The position numbers and the translations under genes are program-made. A stretch of 64,000 nucleotides of DNA, from assembly GCA_964188305.1 (NCBI GenBank), contig OZ076885.1, one strand, 5' to 3'. Under the pieces are notes generated by a model. The model did not search any database, was not told where the DNA came from, and was given only the letters and a program-made list of their open reading frames with translations. This stretch comes from Podarcis bocagei (taxonomy: Eukaryota). Position 1 is the stretch's first letter. Each line of letters begins with the position of its first letter. Positions 1-20,752 of this stretch are shown here, piece by piece.

Positions 1-8784
<8,784 letters not shown>

Positions 8785-8863
8785 CTCTAGAAGGATACTG
8801 GGATACTAATAACTTTTGGAAGCACTTATTTTGTATCTTTTTAATTTTTTTGTATTGTACTTA

Positions 8864-8869
8864 AATAAA
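8864..8869 (+). terminator. Likely DEPDC7 poly(A) signal AATAAA
   Basis: Lies 80 nt after the stop, with upstream TGTA elements and GT/T-rich sequence following. Confidence 0.65.
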
Positions 8870-9156
8870 AGTGGTTTTGTAATATGGAGTCCCCATGTAA
8901 TAACATTATTTAAAAATAATTAAAGCTTCTATTTAAATCTTAATTGTTTAGATTCTTGATTTAAAAAAAACAAAAAACGGGGGTGGGGAGGGAAGTTTAG
9001 GCCAGTGTATGAGTTTTTAGCTTTGTTCAAACTCTTTTGGAAGCTCCTGAAAACTAGACTTTATTTGGTGAATATAATTTTTGCTCCTGATTGTCAGATC
9101 TCACTGCCACTGGACTATAACAACCACATGGTTTCTCCGTGTAACACAAGGCTGTT

Positions 9157-9158
<2 letters not shown>

Positions 9159-9196
<38 letters not shown>
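9159..9196. repeat. (AT)19 microsatellite
   Basis: Direct reading. Confidence 0.95.
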
Positions 9197-9199
<3 letters not shown>

Positions 9200-11314
9200 C
9201 ATAAATTATTACAAGATTGTTATTTGTCCATGACAAGTCTATGTTTGTATGTGACTTGTTCACGTGTTGTGAGTTTATAAATACCTTCAATCCATTTGTT
9301 GAAGGGAGTTGCATTTTTATTTTTCCAGTTCATCAATACCAGTCATCTTGCTATAGTAGGGGTGTGGAGAGTCAATTCATATTATCCCTTTGTTAGGTTC
9401 CATGTATTGTGTATATAATTCAAAAGGATATTTTTAGGCCAAGTTGGTCTTGAATTAACAGTGCATGGCAGTCACTTGCCAATTGTGTAAATACCTGTGA
9501 TTGTGTTTAACCTTATGTTCATGTTTATTGAACTCTGAAGAACAAATAATCCTCCACAAAGGTGAGCAGCAGCAATCTTCCGTTGGTCCACTTGGGCATA
9601 AACTCCATTAAATTTAGTGGGGTTCAGAGTAAACGTAAAAAATAATAGGGCTTGTTAGAAAAAGCATGCTTGTTTTTGTAGGACATGTCTTGTGTACAGG
9701 CCAGTTCATATGATCCTTGCGAACACCTCAGCTTAATTGTATTTGATAGTGGCATGCTGAAATGTCGCTTATGCCCAGGGCAGTGAGTCCCAGTGATTGC
9801 TTTGTCAGAGGCACAACACAATCCAGAGGGATTAAGTGCCTGCTTGGAAAATAAGGACTGAATCATATACTCCAGGGTTGTGTAAATTACCCTTGTACTT
9901 TGATGCCAAGAGAGTTTGGGATATGCATGAAGTCACTGTTACTGCCTTCTCTGCTGATAGATCTAAAAGTGCAGCTGATGGTGATCTGGAACTACAGTAT
10001 TTTTTTAAAAAAACAAAACACTGTCTTGGTCCATGGAACATCTACATAAATCTGTAGTAGAAACCTAATGGAGGTTTCTGTGAACCTTCTTGGATTTAGA
10101 GGGCAGTTGTAAATCATCATTATTGCCATACCACCACTTCTGCCCTTACATGGACACGACAAGAATTGTATCAGTGCAAAGAATGCTCGTTGGTGGATGT
10201 TTTCCATTCTGTTGAACAATAGGGACCTGAAGCTAATAAACTGGCCAAGGGTGAGCAAAACTTTCCAACATAAAGGTTCACTCCTCAGGAGACTACCACC
10301 ACTGAACCCATTTTTATTTACTGTTGCAATTGGCTCCATAATATGCAGCCAAAAAAAGAAAAAGAGAAAAAATGCAAAGCTCCGCTTTAATATTTCTCAC
10401 TCCTTTATTGGGTTATTCCCACCATAATGTGGCATATTGGAGTTATCTGTTCCAGTAGATAGGCTTTGAAGTATAGGCCCTACCATACTACTTGGCATTC
10501 TAGGCTTAAATAGTTACTTGCTAATTTTCTGCGCATGGGAACATAAATAGTGCAAAGAGGAACCAAAAATAAATGGGGGTAGACTGCTTTTAATGCATTT
10601 CTGCTGATAATAAGAAATTAAATGCTGCTGCCTATATCTTAAAAAGTTTTCCTGTTTGGAAATGGTTCCAAATAAGGCATATGCTTAACCATTGGCCTTC
10701 ATGTGTATAGTTCATATGTATAGTTTCTAGATGGCCAACTATGCTTTGGTTTTGTTTCTCAAAGAGCAATTCCTTATAACAGATTGCAGTGGCAATCTGA
10801 TGGAAGCCCCACTCCAAGTGTGGGCAGGGGGAGTGGAAAGGTACAGCAGGTTTATGGTACTTGGACTCAATCAGAGACGAAGCCACGCCAAGGCACAGGA
10901 GAACCATGCAGTATAGCACACACCAGGGTGGTGCATTATTATGTGGTTGGCCCTCTGATTGCTAAAATAAGGGCTTGGGAAACAACCTATTGGGCGCAAA
11001 AATCAAAGGGATAAAAGTGCTGTCTGGTTTCAAGTCACTGCTGCAAGATAGGACCATCCCATAGTAACCTGACAAGACAATATGTCCAAGGGTTAGGTAC
11101 TCATGTGACTAGTGACTGCAGAGTGCGGCTGAAGTTAGGTGTGTTGGGTTGGACTAATCTGGATCCAGTTTCTATTGCTAGGTGCTGTCTTCTGCTTCAC
11201 TGACTGCTTTTTTCCATGGCTGGCTTTCTTGCCTGGTGGTATCATTTTCAGCTTTGGCTTGCATTTTTGCCTTTTGCTCAAATGGCTGATTATAATGCTT
11301 TGCAAGTACTGTAG

Positions 11315-11660
11315 TAATAATAATAATAATAATAAATTTTATTTATATCCCGCCCTCCCCAGCCGAAGCCGGGCTCAGGGCGGCTAACAACAATCAAATA
11401 ATCAGTCAAATAATCACACAATCTAAAAATATTTCATTATAAAAATTAATTAAATCAAATTGATGGCAACCAATTAAGCAAAATTCTGAGCAGGTTGCCA
11501 GAGGAGGGAGTCAGGCTGCGCCCTGACCAAAAGCCTGGCGGAACAACTCTGTCTTGCAGGCCCTGCGGAAAGATGTCAGGTCCCGCAGGGCCCTAGTCTC
11601 TTGTGACAGAGCATTCCACCAGTTTGGAGCCGCAGCCGAGAAGGCCCTGGCTCTGGCTCT
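11315..11660 (-). mobile_element. L2-like LINE 3' end with (ATT)n tail
   Basis: The minus strand encodes FRRACKTELFRQAF, typical of an L2 ORF2 C-terminus. (AAT)n run on the plus strand at about 11316-11336. Confidence 0.7.
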
Positions 11661-12097
11661 AGTTGAGTACTGAAGCTACATTTATCTCTCTTCCTCTCCC
11701 CCCCCCAGTTTCCTGACTTGTTTCCTCCTGGGATTTAATTGATCTCTCTTTATATAAATAGTAAAATTGTGGATGTGTCCCTTTTCAGGCGATGTTTTTA
11801 ATGGTTTATTTGCTGTTCCTTAGTTTTTTTCAGAGGTAAGCACAGAATAAACTGATTTTACAGGTACTATCACTTTCTGAAGATATCTTACTTGTTTTGT
11901 CTAAGCTCTCATTGTTTCCCCCTGGACTAATGTTCTGTTCTGGATGGCAACCAATTCTGAGCTGTAGGGAATTGTCCAAGTAGAAGAGAGCCATCAGTCA
12001 CAGATCTGCAGGGATTATAAGGGAAAGAAATAAGGCACTTGAATCTGATGAAGGTTTATAATGTGAACCCTCCTACCTAGATGAAATACATATTGAG

Positions 12098-12231
12098 CAG
12101 GGCTTTTTCAGCCAGAAATTGTTGGAAATCAGTTCTGGTATCTCTCAGGTGGGAGCCATTGGCATTATAAGAGAACAAGGGAGGTGTTCATGGTGAGTTC
12201 CAACACCTCTTTTTCTAGAAAAATAGAAGTG
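12098..12231. mobile_element. hAT-type MITE
   Basis: 8-bp TSD ATATTGAG at 12090-12097 and 12232-12239; degenerate CAG...GTG termini. Confidence 0.7.
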
Positions 12232-13779
12232 ATATTGAGGATTAAGGATTCCTATGCATTTCACATGTCTCCTAAACATGTTCAGGATCCTTCCAACAAA
12301 ATGACAGCAACAGACCTGTGCTCTTGGAAGTAAACGTTTTATAGAGGGAAGAATATAATTTCCCTACTCACTCTTCCCCAGTTAGATTATTCCAAGAATA
12401 AACATAAGGTGATATGATACCTGTCCGTTGCCTCTGCAGAACAATGTAGATTTATTCTCACAATGTGAATTTATTCACATGTGTTCTGTTTTGCTTCTCA
12501 CTCAGCATTCACTGATGTTTTCAATCGGAGGTCAGGTAGGTGGTGACTAGGGAATAAACTTTGTGGTGACACAATGTATATCTCTCCAAATCATTTATTT
12601 GCCCAGCTATTTAATTGCCGTTGTATAGCTTATTATTATTGGTAGTTATAGGCTATATTTCAGGAAGGCCCCCTCTTCTTTTCTATTTTCCTATTTTTAC
12701 TGAGTGCATTGTATGTTGCTTTTGTTGACTTCCTATTGTTTTTATATTGTCTATTGTTTTGTTGTATCTGCTTTTGTTGTTGCATATTTGTATTGGTTAG
12801 TCTAGAATGATGTCATCTAAAGGGCTCCTTCATAGCTTTAATTATTGATTGTATGACTGTACTGCAGTTTGGTCAGGAGAGGGTTAATGGAAGCAGCATA
12901 ACTTTCTGAGGTAACTGATAGCACTGGCAGGGCGATCAACTACCCTCTTTTATTAAGGAGGCATCATTTAGACACCGGAGCTCAGCTCCCCATACACCCC
13001 ACACCTGCTGCTGAAAGTACCCAGAGGCCCGATTCTGCGCTCTGAGAGAATTCAGTACAGTACTAAGGCATTGTGAAGCCACCGCCCCCCTGAAACCTAA
13101 TGAGCAGTTTTATTTGGCGCTCTGATGCTGAGAGTCCAAATGATGCTCAGCGCCAGCCTGTATATAAAACCGTTTATAGTAACGACGCCAGAATCTCAGG
13201 TGACCTTAATTTTATTTTAAAGAAACCAAACACGAGATAGGTGCGGGCACCCTTGAAATTTCTCACCATTCAGTGAATGGGGTGCATACGCCATTCTTTT
13301 CTCTTCGTCCCCCCGCCCCCCAGCTTGGGGAGCAAACCTCACTTAACACAGCAGGACGGCATTCCCAAGTAAACATGCCCGGGGCTGCAATGCCTGACGA
13401 GCTGGCCCGACTGATCCCTTTCGGACATTGACCAGCAACCTATTTTGCAGGACGGCTGTGCGGGAGAGCCAAACAAAGGCTTCCTCTTGAACAGCGTGCA
13501 TGCTTAGAAACATGTTTGCAGGGAGGCGTTTCCAGCACGCCCCGTGCCAGTCAGTCCGCATGGCGTTAGGCTGTCAGTTCATTGTTTCGAGGTTTATCGG
13601 CGGTTTAAAATAAAAGCCGTTATAAGCCCTGCCTCTGTATGTGTGCATATGTGTATGTGTGCTTTTGTGCGGCACGGCGCTCCCCTCCCTCCATGCACAC
13701 GTACAGTGGGAAAAGCCTGGATGCAGCAGCGGTAGTTCTGGAACAGAAAAAAGGCCCGGGGGTGGGAGGGAAGAGCCTG

Positions 13780-14460
13780 TAGCCCCTCACGCCTTCCGCC
13801 AACAACCTCGTATCTTGATTGACAGCTATCTTGCGTATTGTTATCGCCGGCACGCGCGCGCTCCTCCCTCCCTCCTCCCGCAGCTGCCCATTAGGACTCC
13901 TCACGCTTTGCTTTGAGCCGCTTTAGCGAGGGAGAGCGCAGACATGGCGGCGCCCTGTGAGGAGCCGCCAGCTTCCCCCTGCCGTCTGCAGGCTCCCGGC
14001 TGCCTGTGAGGAGGAGGAGGAAGAGGACGACGACGACGACGGGGATTGCGAGGAGTTCCCGCTAGTGGCGCTGGCGTTGAGGGGCCGCGCCCTTTCCCGC
14101 CCCCCGCCGCCCGGATTCGGTTTCCGGAGACCGGGTGCAAAAAAGTTGCTGTCTTCCTGCGCTCGAAGCCTCCCTCTCGGGTAAGCGGGGCTGCGGAATG
14201 GTGGGCGGGACGTCTTCTTCCCACTGCAGCCCGGTCCCCCTCCCCACCCCTTGCCACCCCTGTCTGCACCTGGGCTGGGGGGACGTGGGGTCGGATTTTG
14301 GTACCCCAGAGATCCGCAAACTCTGCCCCTGTCCCTGCACCTGCGGGCGCTGCAGCAGAACCGGCGCTGCTTGTTATTCGGCTGCATCGGGGTCCCAGGC
14401 CGGGGTCGCGAGGGCATGCGGGAGAGAGCACAACCCTTGTCCTGTGTGGGCCATTAATCC
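13780..14460 (+). promoter_or_regulatory. CpG-island promoter and first (5'UTR) exon of TCP11L1; donor CGG|GTAAGC at 14180/14181
   Basis: Abrupt GC/CpG enrichment 6 kb upstream of the first coding exon. It contains a PBX/MEIS-PREP decamer TGATTGACAG (13816-13825) and a YY1-like ACATGGCGGC (13942-13951). The TSS cannot be determined from sequence. Confidence 0.8.
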
Positions 14461-17400
14461 AGATTAAATCAGAAGGGGTCGCATTGCTTATCAGCATGCA
14501 TGGAGAGAGCGGGGAAATTCCACCGTGACTGTCCTGCCTGAAGCATTCGCCAAGGGTTAACATCCGTAAAGCATGAGTTTGTTTTGAAGGGCTGTCAAAA
14601 TCAGCCGATTTCCAGTCAGTTCCCGATACGCGCCTGTCCGGAAATGAGCTCCACTAGCACAGTGGGACTTTACTGCTAGGTAGGCATGCATGCATTATCA
14701 AGGCCTGCCTTCCCTTCTGGGCAGCCTCCCAGCAGCGGCATAGCTAACTGCTCGGGGGCGGGGCGAGCCTCTCCAACCCTTGTAGCCTCTCCTCTGCCTT
14801 TCCCTCAAACTCATTTTGTCAAACCCCCCCCCATGACACCCAGGGCGACTGCAGGCCCCGCACCCCCTTCCTCCGCCACTTCCTACCAGGGGCCACATGT
14901 AAGTGGTGGGCAGGGCCAGAGGACAAAGTGGCAAGAGCAACAACTGTTCAGTTTTACCTTCATATAGTCGGCTGGTTTCTACACACATTCATAAAGCTCT
15001 CTCTCTATTCTCCCAGCCAGGCAGAGTGGAGAATTCAAGGATGCGTTCCAGCCAGGAAAGAAGGGTATGGAACAGGGCCAGTGATGGGGGTCCCCTGGGG
15101 AGGGGGTGTGGTGTGCATCCCAAGGGCCAGATAGAGATGCTTGGAGGATGACATTTGCCCCCTGGGACCGAGGTGCCCCCCCCCCCAAATACAGGATTGC
15201 AGCAACAGTCTTTCATTTGCTAAATGGATATTATTGTTCTAATCCTATATCTGAAGATTTTCCTGGTTTTGGAATATAATGGATATATTTTATTTCATAA
15301 CTCTGCAGCTCCCCAGAAAGAAATACACCAGTTCTCTGATATCCCTTATTTTTACTCTCTCTGAGTTGTTCAAAGCTTTGTCTGTGCCCACTGAGAATTT
15401 TTTATGTGTCACATTGGGAAATATATAGTTTAACTGAAATAGCTGGCACTTAACTCACATCCCTGTTTTTCTAGTTCTTAACCTCAACATTACATGCTTG
15501 TCTGAGTAGTCATCTTTTTAGAGTTTCATGCAGACTTTTAGGAAACTGCGTAGTCATGCTGTGGTGTAAATAAAATCCAAACAAGATAATATATATGCAT
15601 TTTATGAATATGCTTTAGGACAAGACATGCTCTAACACTATAATAACCTGTTTTGATGTGTGCTAAGGAAACTTTTTGATAATGGGGACTATACAAAATT
15701 TTGTATAGTCATTAAAATATAGGACTTTAAAATTTTGCTGCTTTATTTCCAAGCACTTGTCTACATTCATATGGGGATATGTGCATGACGGTAGAAAAAG
15801 TGAGTGGGGAGGAAGCCTCAGTTTTTCTTTTTATGCCTGTAAAGCCACCTGCTTTGAACTTCATTGATTTAAAGCAGTGCTGTGCCATTTTTTCTGTGTA
15901 GTGGTTGGGGGGGGGGAGCATTTTCTTGGGAAACAATGTACTCCACCCCTGCTGTAAACAGTGCTGTTAAAACTTGGCTGCAAAGTTTGGAAGACATCAA
16001 AGAGGAATTCTGTCTCGTTGATCTGTATTGCTCTGTTTCTCTCATTTTCCTTTGCTGCCTTCTGTTCAGAAACCCCTTAATTGGGAGGTGGCAGGGTGCA
16101 AACCTAGCTGGAAATTATAGCCTTTTGACATGGATGTCATTTCTCAATGCATGTCTGCTGGTTGCATAGGCTCATTGTTATGGAATAAGTCATTATAATG
16201 ATTAGCATATTTTTAGTGTGAGCATCACACTGCCCAAGGTTCTGAAGCTGTGAAGTCCTGGCTCAAATTAAACCCTGTGGCTTCTAGGGAAGGCTATGGT
16301 GGTTGCTTCTCAGAAGCTCTGTGAAATAAACTCAAGGATGCGCAAGCCCGCCACACATCTATCAGGTTTATTCATTAGTCTAAACACAAGCAGGTGCAAA
16401 CACATACTTCTAGAGGCAGACGCAACCACTTGCCTGATTAAATACTTCTCACCTGTGCTGGCAAGCAGTTCATAAACCTTTAAGGGGCATTACAGCACAA
16501 AGGCTACTGCATTAAAAGGAGGAAAACACACAAAACCAAAGTGAAGTTGGAAATGCTAAAATAGAAAAGATTGAGTGAAAAAAATGAGGTGGGTCTAAGA
16601 ATGATGGGGAAAGGGACCACCAAAGAACTTCTGAAGAAAGTAAAGAATCTGGGAAAGTGATGATAACAAGGGGGGAGAATCAAATGGGGAAATGATATCA
16701 GGATTAAAAGAAAGTAAGTGTTGAGATGAGAACTGAATGGGAAAGAAAAATGATGGAAGTGTCTGTAGAAGTAGCATATTTCACATGATAAAGGCAAACA
16801 TGTTAGGAAGAAACCTCGGCTAGAACTCATCTCCCTGACATTTAGTGAAGGGAATCTTTTTTGTGTGTGTAAGGAAAAGGATTCAGTCATATAGTCTGTA
16901 GTCTGAGGTGGTAGAACCCAAACAGGTTTTACCGTCTCGGTTACCCAAATCTTTACTGCCATAGAACCCATCTGTAAAAGTGGTCAGAGGGATGGTAAAT
17001 GTGACTCTCCCCATCTTTTTTTTGTCCAATGAACTGCCATTATTGTTTTCCTCTCAGTGAGACTCTGAACCAAAATAAATCGTGCTGGAGAAAAGCAGCA
17101 GATGTACAGCAGTTTCACTGGGAGAGGAAGTTAGTTTTCCCAACCCACATATCCCTGCTTCCATTCAGTTGCCACTCCACCACCTCATATGGAGTTGGCA
17201 GGATCCATGTTGGATCTGCCATTTTCATATCTAGCTTGTCTCTCGGGGTCTGAGAAATCAGCCTTCTTGATGGGGATGTTGCTATTTTGGATTCTTTTTC
17301 ACTTACACGAGCATATGCTAAAAGACTCCATGATGTCAGAGGCTGTAGAGCTACTTGGCTGGAGTTGGTCACACAGGCATAGTTCTGCTGTTGAATGCGC

Positions 17401-20400
17401 TCAGAAGAATCCAGTGCATTGTAGGTTGCTTCCTTTCTTAATTTGGCAATTTATGGACAGCCGAGCCATTAAACTACATATGACACCAGGGAGCTTAGTG
17501 CAAACCGTAAATATGTGTAAATCATGGGTATAGTTAGGGATGTTTAATTTTAATTATTAGAGTGGAAAACAGGTTATTTAAATCCCTCATTTCCTATACA
17601 GTCATCTGTTTCCAAAGCTGGGGTGAGAAAATAGCAACATGGTACACTATAATCTAGCAAAGTGTCTTGTTTTGTTCTATTTGTTGAAGCTCTTTGCTTA
17701 ATCCATAAGCTATTAACCAACACTTACTTCGAAAAACTGAAGGCAGCACTGGTAGAAGTCCAGACACAATTCTGCCTTCATTGAAAATATGGATAAACTC
17801 TGTCTGCTCTAATGTTTCTATTTATTTTAGAAGTTTTGTCTAGAATGTGAATAATATATTAAATATACAAACAGGTGTCGATCCTGGATTATATCAGTCA
17901 TACATACTTTGGGTCTTCTGGGTTTGGGAAAATTTTGGGTTTGTGTCAAAACTCAAGAAGATGAATCCTGAGAAAATTCTAACTTTCCTTTGCATCAGAA
18001 TGTCAAAGAGATGAGTAACTACTCAACTTTTAGAAGATATCTGAAGGCAGCCCTGTATAGGGAAGCATTTTAATGTTTGATGTTGTTTGATGTGTTATTA
18101 TTTGTTATTATGAGATATATTTCTGAATGTTAATTAACTCATTGTCAGTTGTGTTGAAGAAAACTTGACAGAATGCCTAGTGGATTCCAAATGCTTTTCA
18201 AATGATGCCAGTGAGTTCGAAAGAGGCATTGTGAATACAAAATAACTAGGATTTTTTTCTACACACAGCACACAGTACAGTATAATGAAAATAGCAGTGT
18301 GACTGCAGGAAAATGTCATATGGGAAGGATACTGCTGTGACAGTCTGCCTTTAAATTCCTGTGATCAGTCACAAGCCTATTTATGTATAAATTGTATCTA
18401 AACAAGTAGGGCCTCCTTCCATGTAAGAGATTTGGGAGGCTTGGGATGTCAGATTCCTGTGCTTATTTGCAAATCTGCCCTTTGTTACTGGCGTTTTGTA
18501 TTTGCTGCTGTGGAACCTAACTCTGTTGTGGTGGCTTTCTTACAGACCTCTTGCTTCTGTTTGGCTTTGCAGAACTTGAAGCTGTAGTCTCGCCCCACTG
18601 CTTCACTGGCTCTCTGCCCTTTTCTTAAACCCTGAAGGCTTGGTCCAAGGACATTAAGTGAGAAGTAAGTGTGACAATTCCTTTATGTGACAATTCATTT
18701 ATATGGCAAAGAGGCTACCATCATCTAGTGCATGCCCTCAGGATCATGTGCCTATGATCACATGAGGCTGGGGAGTGGGACTGTGGTCAGTCACCCTGCC
18801 TGCACTGTTGCAGGGTGCTCCTGGGGGATGGTGACACCCTTCCAAGTGGCCCCATGAACTGGAACCTTGAGCGCTTGGAGATCCATCTCATGGGGCAGCC
18901 TACATGCATTTGGAATGCTGATGTGACTCCACTAACATGAATGGCATTGTGGAGAGGCTGGGGTAATGGCATCTAAAGGGCAGGCATGTGCTCTCCAGCC
19001 TCACGCAATTATAATATGATCCTGAATGCCTATATAGGATTATAGACTCAAAAGGTCAGATTTCCCGCCCCACCCAGGCTGCTCAAATCCCATTTGCTAC
19101 CTCTGAGCAATTCCTCTTAAAAAAAAGTTATAGTAAGAATTGTGTGAGGCATTTCTTCTTTGTTCTTCCTTTCCTTTGTCCATTTTGCTGATTCAGAGGC
19201 TTCCCTTCTAGACTAGCTAACCAGGAAATCAGCCAGCTTTGCATATCCCAGATGGTCTTTACAGGGATGGATTTTGTTTTGCAGTCTTAAGCGAGAGAGG
19301 CAGTATCTGATTCATATCAGCATTTCCTGGGGAGAGGAAAGACAGGTCTTCATATCCATCAGCATCACTTGTCTCATTGCTCAGCGACTTGCTGCTGAAA
19401 GTGTGAACTGCTTCCCATAGTCTGTGTTCTATTTGAGATGATGTTAGTTTGGTAGATGTGTGTGATCTGTGGTGGCAATTGCACATCTTCACATCATTGG
19501 ATGGCAAAGGTCTCTTGTTTCATCACTTATTGCCTTTTAGATGAATGAATGTTCTAGCAGTAATAGGGACCGGTTTTTGTTTTTGTTTTGTTTTTTTACA
19601 AAAGTCATTGCTAAAGTCAGAAAACAACATTTTCTGAAACAAAAAGTTAAAACCAGAAATATTCTAGAAACATTTCTGGGAAAGTTTTCCGGTGCCCTAA
19701 ATTGATGGGGAACTCCCTTAGCATGTATGACTTATATTTAGTAAGCAAAACTGTATGAACACATCAAAGTCCACCCCCCCCCCCAGTATACTCATAACTA
19801 TTTGAAGTCAAATATTTTATTGGGAATAGGTTGAATCAATTAAGTGCACTTAATGTGGTTCTAATATGGTTTAAATGTTACATGCAAATTAATTAAAAAG
19901 CATTACTTGAATAGTATTTTTGTTGTGATTGTTCAGTAGCATACATTTCCTTATATGGTTACATTTAACAAAATTAAAAAGGTGACAAAACCCAGGAAAT
20001 TGTTCAAAAATGTTAACATACTTTAACCAGACCCACATAATTTTATCACGCATGCATGTATTTTATATGCATATACATTTATGCTTCATCAAATATAGCC
20101 ACCTGAGAAAAGTTAATTATAACTTTAAAACTGCCTTATTTGCCTGGTATTATATCTATTAATTATGCTACTAATTCAGGTTATAATATCATGAACTTTG
20201 GGAAAGGGATTATTTTCCAGCCTATATCACAGCTCTTAATATGGCATGATGTCAGAGCTACTATCTTTCTGTATTTGAAATTACAGTTGCTGCTATTATG
20301 ATGATGATGATTATCTATAATCCTTGTTAGTTGATTGTTACCCAAACATCTCCAGGCAACATTGTCAATATTGAAACAGTGTTATTTTATTCAAGTGTTT

Positions 20401-20598
20401 TTAAATAAATAGGTCTAACTTCTGTACAGTACATATTTCTCCCCCTCCCCCCAATTTCAGAGAATTTCCCCTCAAAATTCTTAGGTAGAATCCTAGTTGG
20501 ACTAACTGAATTAGATGCAGGATTTAGCAGAGAATTTGGCCTCAGTGGGAGTGTGTGTATTGGTTTAATTTATTTCTTCTTAATCCAAAAAGCTGAGA

Positions 20599-20752
20599 AT
20601 GTCCCAGGACCCAGGCAGGCCAGATACAAGTGAAGGAACATCAGGTAAATCAGAAGATAATCAGCAGGACAACTTGGATAACTCTGAACAGTCTTCCAGA
20701 AAGAAGATTCGACAGAATACGCCAAGTCCCAGCAGAGGCAATACACCTCAAG
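20599..20752 (+). CDS. TCP11L1: TCP11L1 first coding exon (MSQDPGRP...GNTPQ)
   Basis: agaATGt start, G|GTAAGC donor. The acceptor is either at 20592 or at 20460. Confidence 0.85.

Noticed and set aside
13901-14563. Overlapping 150-220 aa ORFs and an acidic EEEEEEDDDDD frame
   Set aside because: CpG-island composition suppresses stop codons. The acidic frame has no ATG and hits TGA immediately after splicing to 20593.
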